Source: Paramoeba atlantica
Lineage: Eukaryota; Protista; Discosea
Length of the DNA stretch: 64,000 nucleotides
NCBI GenBank assembly: GCA_977017575.1
Contig: CDRNVI010000034.1
Coordinates: 198,367-262,366 of the forward strand
Direction of reading: 5' to 3'
Under the pieces are notes generated by a model that ran no database searches, was not told the DNA's origin, and saw only the letters and a list, made by a program, of their open reading frames with translations. This document shows positions 44,415-56,317 of the stretch, one piece after another (position 1 is the first letter of the stretch; each line of letters begins with the position of its first letter). Made by a program: the position numbers and the translations under genes.

Positions 44415-45242
44415 CTAAATCTCATCAATATTCAGCTCCCCTATATTCGGAAGCGGCGGCATACTGCGTTGGGCGGGAATCACCTCCCCTGGGCGCGTCG
44501 CACTCCCACGCCCACCCACCTTCCCCGCCCCACTCGCTTCAGTTTCCTCCCCTGTCTTCCTCTCCCGCCCACGTTCCTTCGCGAGCCTCGTCTTGAACGT
44601 GTCCTGTCGTTTCCTCATCGTCTTCCCCGAGTGCCGGTCATACTTTGTGTACACCGGGACATCAGGCTCCAGACTCTCCTCCGAGTGTCCTGAATCACTC
44701 CCCTCCCCCCCTTCCCCACTCCCCGATCCCCCCTCCCCTTCGGACTCCATACCCTCCGAATCGGATGAGATCTCCCACCCCTCATTGGGCACCGGCGTCC
44801 CCTCCCCCCCCGCCCCCGCCCCCCTGGTGAACCGGACATTCCCCGCGCTCTCCTCCGCCTCCTCGACCATCCCCCCGCGCCCCACCACGGACCACCGGGA
44901 GGTGTCCGGGATGTGCCCCAGGCGCTGCAGCTCGGCGGCCTCCTCGGAGGTGTAGCGCAGCAGGACGTCGACGACGGGGGAGCCGGTCTGGAACGCGCGG
45001 GCCCCGCACAGCACGACGTTGCCGAGGTTGATCCACATCCGGCGCACGATCTTGCCCCGGATCACCCCGAGGAGGTCGAGCCCGGAGAAGAGGTGGACGC
45101 GGACCCGGTTGCACCCCAGCATGGCGGTGCAGATGCCGTACTCCTGGCCCTCCTCGCGCAGGATGAGCTCCTTTTTGACGTTTTGGTTTTTGCTGCTGCC
45201 TTTTTTGCGGTTCTTGCCGCCCATCCCGGTGTTTTTCGGCAT
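44415..45242 (-). CDS. EIF1A: Translation initiation factor eIF1A with long low-complexity insertion
   Basis: MPKN.G.GGKNRKKG, EEGQEYG..TAMLG..R, IRGK..R.MWI, terminal NIDEI. Confidence 0.85.
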   Translation of the reverse strand: MPKNTGMGGKNRKKGSSKNQNVKKELILREEGQEYGICTAMLGCNRVRVHLFSGLDLLGVIRGKIVRRMWINLGNVVLCGARAFQTGSPVVDVLLRYTSEEAAELQRLGHIPDTSRWSVVGRGGMVEEAEESAGNVRFTRGAGAGGEGTPVPNEGWEISSDSEGMESEGEGGSGSGEGGEGSDSGHSEESLEPDVPVYTKYDRHSGKTMRKRQDTFKTRLAKERGRERKTGEETEASGAGKVGGRGSATRPGEVIPAQRSMPPLPNIGELNIDEI

Positions 45243-45446
45243 GGGGCGGGGGAGAGGGAGATGAAAAGAAAAAGAAAAGGAGAATGAGATAAATAAAAGG
45301 AATGAGGTAAATAAAAGGAGAATAAAATAAATGAAAGGAGAATAAAAGCCACGTTGATGAGCGCTCAGGCCCGTGTGATGGTGGCCAGGATGTCCGACGA
45401 GGACTCCAACCCACCTCTAGTCCTGAACTAGAGGCCTGGTGTACTA

Positions 45447-45563
45447 TAGAGTGGTTTTTAGAGTGGTTTTTTTAGAGGGGTTTTTTAGAGTGGTTTTTTA
45501 GAGTGGTTTTTTAGAGGGGTTTTTTAGAGTGGGGTTTTAGAGTGGTTTTTTAGAGGGGTTTTT
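45447..45563 (+). repeat. Nine copies of a ~13-bp telomere-like unit TTTTT(T)AGAG(T/G)GG
   Basis: TAGAG at 45447, 45459, 45473, 45486, 45499, 45512, 45525, 45538, 45551. Confidence 0.9.
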
Positions 45564-45787
45564 AAAAAAAGGAGAAAAGGGAGAGGCGTGGAGAAGAGGG
45601 TGGGGTAGAGAAGAGACTTCGGGTAGGGGAAATAGAGTAGAGTGAACAAAAAAAGGCCTGCTGGTGTTCATAAACCCCCGTGCAATTTAGGGTATACTAT
45701 TTTGGTATACAGACTCATTAGTGTACAAATTGGTGCACACCCGAATTTGATCACCTTGAGATTAGAAAATTTACTGGACATTTGGTG

Positions 45788-47506
45788 TTACATCCGAATT
45801 CGTACGGATATTTTGTCTTCGCTCAATGTAAAGTGTTCGGGATGAGATTGTAGGAAGTGACAGACCCCACCTTTCATTCTGCGAAGGACCGTGCGTGCAT
45901 CACTCGGTAGTTGCACACCGATCTCAGAGACATTCATTGGAAGGAGGGGTTGACCTAAGAACAGTTTTCGAAGCTCTTGAAGCAGGACATCGTCATTGAA
46001 ATACGGATTTTCTACCGTAGCGCTCGGGCTCGCATTGTCGTCCTCGGTGGCTCGACGTACAAGATACTCTTTTTCAAAAGTACTTTTTTCTTGCACATAA
46101 CGCATGTTTTCCGTGACAACGACACGGTCGGGAAATTTCTGGAACCACTTTGCAAAACATACTGCATTAAGACCCTTCGTAACGTGGTGATACGCGGCTC
46201 TCTGTTCATCACTAATATTTTCCAATACGGCTTCCAGTAGACCTTTTAAAGGGACGCACATACCCTGTTCTGGTAGTTTCAGAAAAACCTTCTCCATTAA
46301 ATTTTGATTCCAATAATCGAATTCCTCGACGCTCATTGACACTTCCTTATCTCGTGCTTCCTCCAAATCTCTAAACTCTGTAAAATCAGGTGTAGCACAT
46401 GCTTGGTTAGCATATTCGCGGGCGATTTTATTTTCATTACTGTTAAACCTCTGTTGAAACTCCGTCTGGATAAGCGTCGTATAGGGTGCGAAGCTGCAAG
46501 GGGGACATATCTCGGGATGTTTTTCACGCATGCGACTTCGTATTCGGGGATGTTTCGAGTCTTCCATATTCATTTCAAACGCCTTAGGATATAGGAATGC
46601 AATGGTAGGTAAACGAAACGGTGCGGTATGTAGCCACGTCTTGCATGACGGAAATAAAAAAGTTTTACACGCGAAGGAAACAGGAACAAAGTGTGCTGGT
46701 AACCCACAAGCCAATAAAACAATAAATTCTCGAGACAACCCCAAGTGCTCGCCATCCGCAGGAGGAAGCTCTGTCGAGGAACAGCTTGGAATTCTTTTAA
46801 TGTATATGACTTGGTGAACCGGCATGAAGCCTATACGACAATCCTTGCAAAGAAAAACATATAATTTTCTTACAGGGGTTTTCTCCCATAATGCTTTCAT
46901 CTCCGGAGCTAACTTCTTGACCAATGTCTCAAGCTGCACAAAATGGTTCGGAGCAAGCAGAAGCAAAGCAGATGCCAGACGTTTAGTTAACATCACACAT
47001 TCCGTATCCCCAATATTAAACACATCCCCGGCGATAGCTTCAAAGTCTTTTCGCAGTAAGAAGGCCACCTTGGTGGGATTCCACTGCACCGTGTAATGCT
47101 CTGCAAGTGTATCATCACTTTGTATGGTTGTCAAGACTTCGCATGGAGGTCGGTTGTAGTAGAGATATGAAAAGCAATCAAGCCGCGCCCATCCCTGTTT
47201 TGGGACATATAGCTCAAGAAAACGCTTCAAATCACCTGGTGAGGGTAGAAAATTTCCGTTAGCGTCTACTCGACGTCGCACCTTTGTGCCGTCACGGCTC
47301 AGTTGAAACCCAGCGGGATATTCTTTCAAAAAATTTTGTATTGACCCAAACGAGACGTCCAGCACGCCTTGCACTCTCTTAGGCAACTTCATCTGTATGG
47401 TAGAGACGGTAGATACTGAGTGGTAGGGAACGTTTTTAGCAATGCTATAGGCAATCTCATGAGGCAAGGTAATAGGAGAATGAAACCGTCGCTGTGAACG
47501 CATCAT
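45788..47506 (-). CDS. Mitochondrial multi-winged-helix (LOTUS/OST-HTH-like) family protein, copy 1
   Basis: MMRSQRRF presequence; FGSIQNFLKEYPAGFQL; terminal LPSDARTVLRRMKGGVCHFLQSHPEHF; aligns with four neighbours. Confidence 0.8.
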   Translation of the reverse strand: MMRSQRRFHSPITLPHEIAYSIAKNVPYHSVSTVSTIQMKLPKRVQGVLDVSFGSIQNFLKEYPAGFQLSRDGTKVRRRVDANGNFLPSPGDLKRFLELYVPKQGWARLDCFSYLYYNRPPCEVLTTIQSDDTLAEHYTVQWNPTKVAFLLRKDFEAIAGDVFNIGDTECVMLTKRLASALLLLAPNHFVQLETLVKKLAPEMKALWEKTPVRKLYVFLCKDCRIGFMPVHQVIYIKRIPSCSSTELPPADGEHLGLSREFIVLLACGLPAHFVPVSFACKTFLFPSCKTWLHTAPFRLPTIAFLYPKAFEMNMEDSKHPRIRSRMREKHPEICPPCSFAPYTTLIQTEFQQRFNSNENKIAREYANQACATPDFTEFRDLEEARDKEVSMSVEEFDYWNQNLMEKVFLKLPEQGMCVPLKGLLEAVLENISDEQRAAYHHVTKGLNAVCFAKWFQKFPDRVVVTENMRYVQEKSTFEKEYLVRRATEDDNASPSATVENPYFNDDVLLQELRKLFLGQPLLPMNVSEIGVQLPSDARTVLRRMKGGVCHFLQSHPEHFTLSEDKISVRIRM

Positions 47507-47896
47507 TCTGTTCAACAGGACTCACATGTGAAAAGGGGTGCAACACTTATTCGAATATTTTAGAGAACTACAAGATTCCCTTTTCGAAGTAGAGTCCATA
47601 AACAACGCAAGTACATGTATGCCCGATGTTTAGCTATTTCTGTGAGGAAACGTCACGGTCCCAATTCGAGCACATGTCAAGGAAGAAGGAACGAAGAAAA
47701 CTTTTTTAAGATTTCATAGGGTGGACCACTACACTAGAAGTACATACACTAGAAGGGGAGGACTGGGAGGGTAAACACACTACATTCCATAAGGTATGTG
47801 TTATGATCAGCATAGCTACAGTATGACATAGCTATGAACGTCATAGTTATGTTTTTCTAGAATCGTATTGTTGAAAAAGCTTTCCTGTTACCTAAA

Positions 47897-49624
47897 CTAC
47901 TGTACTTGATGGGATTCTTTTTTTAGATAAACTAGATGTGATTCACTATCATAAATAAAGTGATCTGATTGCGACTGAATAAATTTCAAAACACCCCCGG
48001 CAGATCTCCGAAGTGCTGTCTGCGTTGCACGAGGCAAAGTGTTATGTATGTTGTATATGGAAATCGGTATTTTAGGACTAACAAGGAATAATTTACGAAT
48101 CTCATTGAGTGAAGCATCTTCAGTGTAGTAAATATTCTGCTTCTGAGACGTGTCATGTACCGCATCATCATCAGTGGCACGCCGCACAAGATAATCTTTC
48201 TCGTACCTTCGGTACTTGTCACAATATTGTATGCGTTCCTCCATAAAGAATTTACGAGGATTCTTTCGCAAAAGGCAAAAGAAGGATTCTCCATGTATAA
48301 CTCCGGCTCGAAAGCGAAAATTCGGAGATCTTTCGACAGCTGAATTGAGGAACATGTGATACAAATCCCACGATGCAATGCTCTCCCCACTGTCCGGAAG
48401 TAACTCCCATATTATGTTGATCGCTTCTGCGCGATCAGCTGTATCTGCTTTTTGTGTGTCAGGCTTCCATTTCGTTATATCTTTAAATACTTTCAAACAC
48501 GTGTCGGAGCAAACGGTTTCAGCAAAAGATTTTGCCTGACAGTTTTCCGGAAGGTTCAGTCGCCGAAAAAATTCCTCTTCGACACCTTCCCCATAGGGTG
48601 ATTCATCACTGGGAGGACAAATTTCAGGGTGAGTTGTTCTCAAAAGACTTCGAACAAGATATGACGTTCCGAACAAACCAGTGCAGCATTTTTTGTCGAA
48701 GGCGCGTGGGAACAAAGAAACAATAGTAGAGAGACGAAATTCGCAGGATTTCAGCCACGCTTTTACAGACGGAAATATATATTTATCTGCAACCTGTACA
48801 GCCACGAAGTTGTCTGGAAGGCTGCAGGCCAAAGACAACACCATTTTTAAAGGAACGAAATATTCACTGTATTGCTCTGTGCAGCATGGAATATCCCTAA
48901 CCTCGGGACGACGACGTACAAAGACTTCGCCGGTAGGTAGAAAAGTGGATATTTGAAATTTATCAAGGAAAGGATAGAAAAACCTGGGAGGATCTGCTTT
49001 AATTGTTCGCTGTACTTCAGCAGGGAGCCTCTTCTTCACCGCATAAAGGCTAACGAAATAATCTGGAATAAGTGACTCCATGATGTTGGAAGCAAATTTA
49101 GACATTAAAACCAAATTACTCGAGCCTATGGGATAAACTCCCTGGGCACGTTCCGTAAAACTACGTCGTGCTAAGAATGATGTTTTTAACACATCCCATT
49201 CGACCACGTATGCCTCGGATAAGGCATCGCTGCTTTGTATTCCAGATACCACGTAGCTGGGTTTTTGGTCATGGTATATTGAACAAAACTTGTCAAGACG
49301 GATCCATCCGTCTTCTGGAACGTACTGCTCCAAAAATTTCTCCAGGTCACCTGGTTGAGGAGTGCGACTGCCGTCTCCATCTAAACGAAGCCGAATATGA
49401 CACTCATCTCGACTAAGTTGAAAAGCGGCGGGGTGTTTTTTCACGTAAGAAGCTAAACTATTACCATATTCTTCGCTAAGTAGAGTTTTGATTTCGTTCT
49501 TCATTTTTGCATGTAGTCCCTGCACTGAGTCCTTTTTTGACCGGCGTAGAAAATACACTAAGACACATGCAATTTCACAAGACATTAAACGCTCCGGGGC
49601 TAATCTCACTAAAGACCTCCACAT
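47897..49624 (-). CDS. Mitochondrial multi-winged-helix family protein, copy 2
   Basis: MWRSLVRL; YGNSLASYVKKHPAAFQL; LACSLPDNFV..FPSVKAWL; LPRATQTALRRSAGGVLKFIQSQSDHF. Confidence 0.8.
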   Translation of the reverse strand: MWRSLVRLAPERLMSCEIACVLVYFLRRSKKDSVQGLHAKMKNEIKTLLSEEYGNSLASYVKKHPAAFQLSRDECHIRLRLDGDGSRTPQPGDLEKFLEQYVPEDGWIRLDKFCSIYHDQKPSYVVSGIQSSDALSEAYVVEWDVLKTSFLARRSFTERAQGVYPIGSSNLVLMSKFASNIMESLIPDYFVSLYAVKKRLPAEVQRTIKADPPRFFYPFLDKFQISTFLPTGEVFVRRRPEVRDIPCCTEQYSEYFVPLKMVLSLACSLPDNFVAVQVADKYIFPSVKAWLKSCEFRLSTIVSLFPRAFDKKCCTGLFGTSYLVRSLLRTTHPEICPPSDESPYGEGVEEEFFRRLNLPENCQAKSFAETVCSDTCLKVFKDITKWKPDTQKADTADRAEAINIIWELLPDSGESIASWDLYHMFLNSAVERSPNFRFRAGVIHGESFFCLLRKNPRKFFMEERIQYCDKYRRYEKDYLVRRATDDDAVHDTSQKQNIYYTEDASLNEIRKLFLVSPKIPISIYNIHNTLPRATQTALRRSAGGVLKFIQSQSDHFIYDSESHLVYLKKESHQVQ

Positions 49625-50078
49625 TGAAAGGTAGAGTAAGTATGAATTGTCGCATGCGGCTCTACTTTATAAAATTAGATACACTGTCATACTGCTCTCA
49701 CTTCAATAAATCTTTTCAACTCATGAAAAAGTATCACATTTTTTTGCTATCACTTTATTACTGTATATCAGATGCTATTGCTCCTTATAAACCTGATTGT
49801 ACTACGCTTCCCACGATGAAGAAGCCAGTTGCAAGTGGTGGCCCTTCCAATGCAAAGTAGCGTTCTCAAGTTTTACATACAGACATCGAAAATCCCCCAG
49901 GTGTTGGAGGAACCCTTACACTCATTAGAAAGAATTTAGAATCATTGCGTAAATTTGTTAAACAAAGATGCACAATAGAGGTTGTTCAACGCAATATTGA
50001 AACTATTTCTTCGAAAACAAAGTCCCTTGCACCTTCTTCTATTTTGTGTGTGTACTCTCAACAAAGAGTAATCAAGCG

Positions 50079-51806
50079 TTACGATTCCTTTAGATAAATT
50101 AGTGCCGAATCGCTTCCATGTGGTTCCATTCGAAACACTTTCGGATGGTTCGCGATGAACTTACGCCATCCGCCCATAAAGCGAAGGGCTCTCCGCGCCT
50201 GACTCGGTAACATAAATAGAATGCCTGTAGGAGATTTTCCATTGCGGTCATTTTTGAGAAATGTTTCTCGAATGGCCTGAATGAGGGCCTCTGACGTGAG
50301 GTATGGGTTCTGTTGCCCTTGGCGATGCGATGTCTCTGCAGGACTCTGCTGCGCCGCCTTACTAACTATCCAGTCGTATGCACGACCCATTTGCACCTCC
50401 TCTACATGGAGTCGCTCTGGAAAACGTTTAACAAACTTCAGTAGTGAATTTCTATGTTTCAGTGTGATAGTGTTCTTGATCTTACGATATCGATCAGCGG
50501 GAACGAAGTCACGAAGACGAATCATTAAATCATACAATCGTATAGGATCATGGGACTCATTAAGAACAAGATCTAGAGCATCCAATATTTCACTTGGTTC
50601 TAGTACGGGAGCATCTTTGCTAATCACAACGTCGTCTTTCCTTACCAAACGAAATATTTTCCTTTGAAATAACTTGTCAGAAGGTTCGGAAACAAGTTCA
50701 TTAAGCTCTTTAATTGTCTCCGGGCTCTGTTTCATCAGTTTTGCCTCAAACTCAGCTTCCGCTTCTAAAGTAAATGCCTGTTCGGTAGATGGCGCTAAAT
50801 GTGGATACTTCATTCGCAGCGCTGAGCTGACTTTACCATACGGTTCTATATTAATCGCCTTGGGATACATTTGGGCGAGATCGGAAAGAGAAAATGCTGC
50901 ACATTTTGCACCCCATTTCATTACGGAAGGAAATACAGCGCCCTGGGCGTAGAGAACCGAGACCGGCGTGGTAGGGAGTGAGAACGCGAGCTTTAGCATG
51001 AGCTTTGGGTGTAAGTCGTAGGCCTCATAGATGGGCCACTTGTTTTCTTCTTCTTCAACCGAGCGCGTGGCGCCCCACTTCCGTACGTACGGGGGATCAT
51101 TACGAAGGCAAGCCATTTCTAGCACTTCATCACAAAACCCTAGAGCCTGAGATACATTTACGGAATTGTGCCACCTGTGCTCATCTAAATTGGCATCCAT
51201 TTTCCCTTGTCGAAGTAGCATAGGAAACGGAACCCAAAAATTGGGCGCAAAGCTCTTGATGATTTTAAGAAGTGTCGGTGCCTTAATGCAAGTTGAGTTA
51301 TCACCCAGCGAAACTCTCCCCCCAGTCGATTCCCAAAACTTCTTGCGTATAATGTATTCCTTCTCGCTATTGGAGCATGCTTTTTGAAGATCAAAAATTT
51401 CAGCACAAGATGGGTCGTTTGATAGGTGTGAAATCACGTAAGACTTTCGCAATTTAGGGTGTAGTAATCTGCAAAAATCTTCAATTAGTAGGAATCCGAA
51501 TTTCGGCACAAATCTTTTCAATGCTTCACTTAACTGGGAGGACGAAGGAATGTGTTCGCGCACCTTCAAACGAACTATGGTTTCATCCCGATTCAAAAGA
51601 AACAATTCGGGGTAACGTTTAACAAATTTTATCATATCATACTGCTCAGCCGCAGCAACTTTAACAGGAACAGCAGCTTTACTTGTGATATTCGCTATAA
51701 ATCGCTGGTTTTTCTCTGCGACTTTTAGCGTTTTTTGGAGCCACACTAATAAGTCAGTCGGATGGACAAGAGTGTCCATCCGAAAGCGCGACGAAATACG
51801 GAACAT
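50079..51806 (-). CDS. Mitochondrial multi-winged-helix family protein, copy 3
   Basis: MFRISSRFR; FVKRYPELFLL; LAFSLPTTPV..FPSVMKWG; LPSQARRALRFMGGWRKFIANHPKVF. Confidence 0.8.
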   Translation of the reverse strand: MFRISSRFRMDTLVHPTDLLVWLQKTLKVAEKNQRFIANITSKAAVPVKVAAAEQYDMIKFVKRYPELFLLNRDETIVRLKVREHIPSSSQLSEALKRFVPKFGFLLIEDFCRLLHPKLRKSYVISHLSNDPSCAEIFDLQKACSNSEKEYIIRKKFWESTGGRVSLGDNSTCIKAPTLLKIIKSFAPNFWVPFPMLLRQGKMDANLDEHRWHNSVNVSQALGFCDEVLEMACLRNDPPYVRKWGATRSVEEEENKWPIYEAYDLHPKLMLKLAFSLPTTPVSVLYAQGAVFPSVMKWGAKCAAFSLSDLAQMYPKAINIEPYGKVSSALRMKYPHLAPSTEQAFTLEAEAEFEAKLMKQSPETIKELNELVSEPSDKLFQRKIFRLVRKDDVVISKDAPVLEPSEILDALDLVLNESHDPIRLYDLMIRLRDFVPADRYRKIKNTITLKHRNSLLKFVKRFPERLHVEEVQMGRAYDWIVSKAAQQSPAETSHRQGQQNPYLTSEALIQAIRETFLKNDRNGKSPTGILFMLPSQARRALRFMGGWRKFIANHPKVFRMEPHGSDSALIYLKES

Positions 51807-52695
51807 GTTAACTAGACATCGCGCAAATACCTATAATAAACTTCCGAGTAGTAAGGTGGAAAAACCTTTTCACATGACTATTAACAATTTAGCATGATAA
51901 CTATTAATAATTTTACCGCTATGGTTGCAGGTACTCGCAAAAGGGGTTTGTTTCGAAAAGAGGACAAATAAGTAGGGGGGCGGAGCTATGACAGTTAAGT
52001 GGGGGGAGTCACAGTTCGTGCATACTTAAAAAATACTGTTTACGAATCTTTATAGGTCAGCTTTAGTACCATCAGTAAAATAGTGTGTACTTTGTTGCTT
52101 GTCAAAATAGACGTATCATATGAAAATGTCCCTAAGGTATGCGGGCGCGAACGTGACCACCGCAACAGCACCGGGAACGCAAGCGGCCACGCGCCTATTG
52201 TAGAAGAAGAAAATGTTGCATCAATTTTTGATTTATCTTCTGCGACATAGCAACATGAAGCTGACGATGCCCTGTGGAGTCCGCGACGTACAATTACGCG
52301 TACAACCAAAAACCTGAAGAAATGGCATTGCCGGTAAAAAGGGAATATTTTTGTACCAACTCTTCCGATTGACAGAAAACAATTTTTGTAATATTCGAAT
52401 AAATTCCAATAATTTATAAGAATCTTTCATTACAAAGGAACTGTTATGCAAAGAAAGTTAGCACCACCTTTAAAATCATTTTTCGTGCAACAACATGAGC
52501 CTTGACTGCGAAGGGTATGAAACATTTCAGTGAATAAAATCCTACCATTGGCGTACAGGATGACCATTCCTTCCTAGGATGTGTAAAAACTCTTCAGCGC
52601 CGTGCGAAGGTGAAAGGAAAATAAATATCAAAATACTTAAGACTGTGCAAGAAAATTTAAAGAAATCTTCTTCGGTTTGCCTAAAAAAGAACCCA

Positions 52696-53275
52696 TAGTC
52701 CGCGTCATATTGATCCCCCCCTCAGGAAATTTTAGTTTTTTTATCCGATTTTGCTCATCTTTGCAGTATTCGAGAGATCTCGTTCCGGTAGGAAAGTTTT
52801 TTGCCGCAATAAAACGTAAGGAGGGGGGTGCCTCCAGGAGAGAATCCCAAAGTTAGGAAAAAACAGAAAAAGTTAGGAAAGAATTTCAATGATCACATGA
52901 CTCTGATACATTCAATTCAATCATAATCATGTGTGATCGCCGCTTAGCTACAAAGCGTTTTTTTGAGGAATTCGTATTTTTCATTTAACTAAAGGTATTT
53001 TTAAGGGATTCAGACGAGGATACGTGGGGTTTCGGCCTCTTCGGGGTGCTGGAAGAAGAAAAAGTCATGAAAAAATAAGAAAGTTTTACATCTATTCAAG
53101 ATTTTAGTAAAAAAACGTGTAATTTTCCACTATTTCGAAGCGTCTGGCTAAAAGGTAAAAACAGTGGCGAAGTACTTTTCTATGGGAACGAGATCTCTCG
53201 AATGCTGCATAGATGAGCAAAATCGGATAAAAAAGCTAAAATTTCCTGAGGGGGGGATCAATATGACGCAGACTG
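52696..53275. mobile_element. Tc1/mariner-type MITE with ~90-bp TIRs
   Basis: (T)AGTCCGCGTCATATTGATCCCCCCCTCAGG...GAGAGATCTCGTTCC and inverted copy ending ATATGACGCAGACTG|TA. Confidence 0.85.
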
Positions 53276-53749
53276 TATAAAGGGGGGAGGGGTCGAGGCT
53301 ATTATAAACAGGGGGGGTACAGTACTTGTATGTACTTACGGGACATACGGGTATGTTCCGGTGACGGGAACGTTTTTAGTAATTACAGCGCAGGCATGTC
53401 TCCACATCCACAATGGTAGATGCTGCGTCTTCTGGTGCTTGACACACGAGACAACGCCTAGGAGCCAACACCGAAAAAACGCTTTCTTTTCACATTCCGT
53501 AGAGTAAAGCTGCGGAAGAGAATCTTGCCCAGACATAGCTCTACAGGAGGAAATCATGATACGGAGTTTGATTGGAAAATTATTTTCTATTCTTTTGTAT
53601 TCAGAAATCTCAAAAGAGTACTAATTTCAAAAATATAGATTAAAGAAAGATTTTTTTTGAAAATAATTTACCCAGTGCAACCTGTGTTACCCAGTGTTAC
53701 CCATAGAAACTTCTAAAAAGGCGGACTTGCAGAAGGTCCATTGATAATA

Positions 53750-54480
53750 CAGGGGTGTAAATTTGGATGTGGGGGGGCCTAAAATTTGTAAAACTTGGCC
53801 AATTTTGAAAAATAATAGCGTATTCGAGAGCTCTCGAATTGGGTTCATGAACGTGCAAGTACAGCATCTGCATTAATTAGATTTTCAAGTGCACATACAA
53901 AGATTTTTTTTTTGGGAGACAAAATCTTGCATTTTTCACAGTTTTTCTGATTTCTCCCCTGATTCATGCCCCAAAGACAGGGTCGTGGGCGATAACCCGA
54001 ACACAAAGACTACGAAAGGGCTTATTCTTCGCCTGCGCACGTAGAAGCAGGCTGTTGCATGGTTCTTGTTGCCGATTACGAAACAACATAATCTTTTTCT
54101 CGCTAAAAATGTATGTTCCATAGTGGGCAACTTCAAAAATGATTGAGCCCCTCGGAATCGTGCAGATTCGATCGAAGCAGCGTTTCAAGGCCCCTGAAAA
54201 TGCCAAGAAGAGCTTTCGAAAGCGATGCTGTATTGTGATTGAGATTAACCGACGATAATAGCCATTATTAATTTCTTTTTCGATATGTGCTATTGATTTA
54301 GAAAGTTGCAAATAGCGTTTGGGGGCTCTTTGTCTAGGGGGCAATACCCCCTTGTGCCTAGTTCGGCCTTGCTACATTCATGAGCCCTGTTCGAGAGCTC
54401 TCGAATGCGCCATTATTTTCCAAAATTGGCCAAGTTTTACAAATTTTAGACCCCCCCCCACATCCAAATTTACACCCCTG
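53750..54480. mobile_element. Deleted Tc1 element, ~100-bp TIRs, TA TSD
   Basis: TA|CAGGGGTGTAAATTTGGATGTG ... CACATCCAAATTTACACCCCTG|TA; internal transposase remnant homologous to 31600-31745. Confidence 0.92.
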
Positions 54481-55127
54481 TATATCTTCGGGAAACTCAT
54501 GTCGTGCGCTTCGCGTTGAAAACTACCACCGCGTTTAACGAAGAGCCTAAAAAAGAAATTACCTTTGCAGATTCGTGGAGATCTCGAGGAACATTACTTG
54601 GGGAAAATATTTGCTTTTCGTTCGAAAAGCTATATTCTGGAAAAGCTGTATTCTGAAGAAAATTAACTGCGAAAGTCAAATTTCTGAGAAAAAAGATGCT
54701 CACATTTTCTTGAAGAAAACTCTTAAGAACACTCGAAGATCATAAAAAAAGGATATTTTACAAAGTAGTACAACATATCAGATGATGTCGACATGGAATG
54801 TGTTTGCCGTCGTATCGAGTGCACAATTCTAATCTTTTTTTGAACGATGCATGCAATATAGCACCCTTCTGCCGACATTCGAAATCCGACTTTTGTGCAT
54901 GGGAAATCACTCGTAGGCATGAATGAAGGCCTACTGAACGTATTGGGTAGAGAATACGACTCCAACCACACCATTCTTTCGACACGAAAAGGCCCCTTGG
55001 GGTCCAAAAAATACTTTTCATCGTTTTCAGTCAAAAATGGGTCATTTTTGGAGGCATACCACGGCTCGAAGGGGTATCTTGCGAAAACTGCGGAGAAAGC
55101 TAGTATAGGTCCTAAACTATCAAAATA

Positions 55128-55480
55128 CTATGAACCCCCCCTTTATACTTCGCCCATTTTGAGCAGTAACGAAGTATAAAGGGGGGGCCTGGAGGTTTTC
55201 CCCGCTGTAAAAAGAAAACCGCGCCGCGAAGCGGCGCGGCTCATCCTGTTTTCCTGTCTTTCCTTTTATATCACCTTCCATTTCTAGAAAGGAAGACTTA
55301 GAACGTTTTTTCTAAAACATACGTTTTTTTAAAACGTTTTTCAAAACGTGTTTTTTCTAAAACAAATTGAAAAAATACGAAAATTAAAACACAATCGTCC
55401 CCCCTTCGGGGGGGGCACACAAAAAACGAAGTATAAAGGGGGGGGGCTGACCAGCGAAGTAGAAAGGGGGGGGGTCACAG
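55128..55480. mobile_element. Short copy of the CTGTG-terminus MITE family
   Basis: TA|CTATGAACCCCCCCTTTATACTTCG ... GGGGGTCACAG|TA; shares internal sequence with 18156-19152. Confidence 0.8.
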
Positions 55481-55697
55481 TACAATATATGTAGGCGAAA
55501 CCATTTTGGAGAATATTTTGCCATTGTGTTCGCCAAGTTGAATTTTTTTTTCGAAAAATCCGAAATTGGAGAGATCGCGAGCGGCCCCTGATAAATGGGG
55601 GGAAGGTAGTGGTTGTTTTGGGGGAAATGAGAGGCCGAACGCACGGAGGGGCCGGACGAGCCAATGAACTCATGCCTATTTTTGTGCTACAAAGGTG

Positions 55698-55950
55698 GTA
55701 TGCATTATCAATGTGCTATATGCATTATCAATGTGTTATATGCTTCAGATACCTGACTTATGTGACTTCCATAATTCTGCATAGCAAGTCCCAAGTCCTG
55801 ACCACAACCACCCAACCCACCAAAGGATCATCACATTACGTCGTGAATCACATTACGTGGATCATCACATTACGTAGGTGAAATATGGTTTTCCACCCAT
55901 GGATGAAAAACCTACACATTATCAATGTGCTATATGCATTATCAATGTGC
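55698..55950 (+). repeat. Cluster of short imperfect tandem repeats
   Basis: TATGCATTATCAATGTGCTA-type 20-bp units at ~55698-55742 and ~55915-55950; GGATCATCACATTACGT units at ~55826-55876. Confidence 0.75.
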
Positions 55951-56317
55951 CGCTTAGTATGAATATCAATGTGCCCTTACTGAAATTATTCTGATATATT
56001 ATTAAAAACCATGACATAAAAAAGAGTTTTTCAAAATCGTTTCACATATTGTGTTTTGAGAGTTTGGGACCTTTACTAGCATTCTACGCCGTTGTTTTCA
56101 CAAAATACCCCTTCTTGAAGCCGTGGCACGCCTCCCAAAGTGACCCCCCAAAATAGGTGTCCAGGCAAAACCTGGCAAAACCTGACAGGTTTCAACCCTC
56201 TTAATATGCCATGTTTGTGTATCATTTCGATACAGATTTTGACGTAGGATTGGGAGCGCGCGAGGATGTCATAATAGTCGCTTCGCTAAACGCGGTGGTT
56301 GTTTTCAACATACTATA

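Noticed and set aside
45788-51806. Three neighbouring ORFs all exactly 575 aa
   Set aside because: The ORF track start of copy 1 (47515) is TTG; from the first ATG it is 572 aa. Similar length is real, exact identity is partly coincidence.
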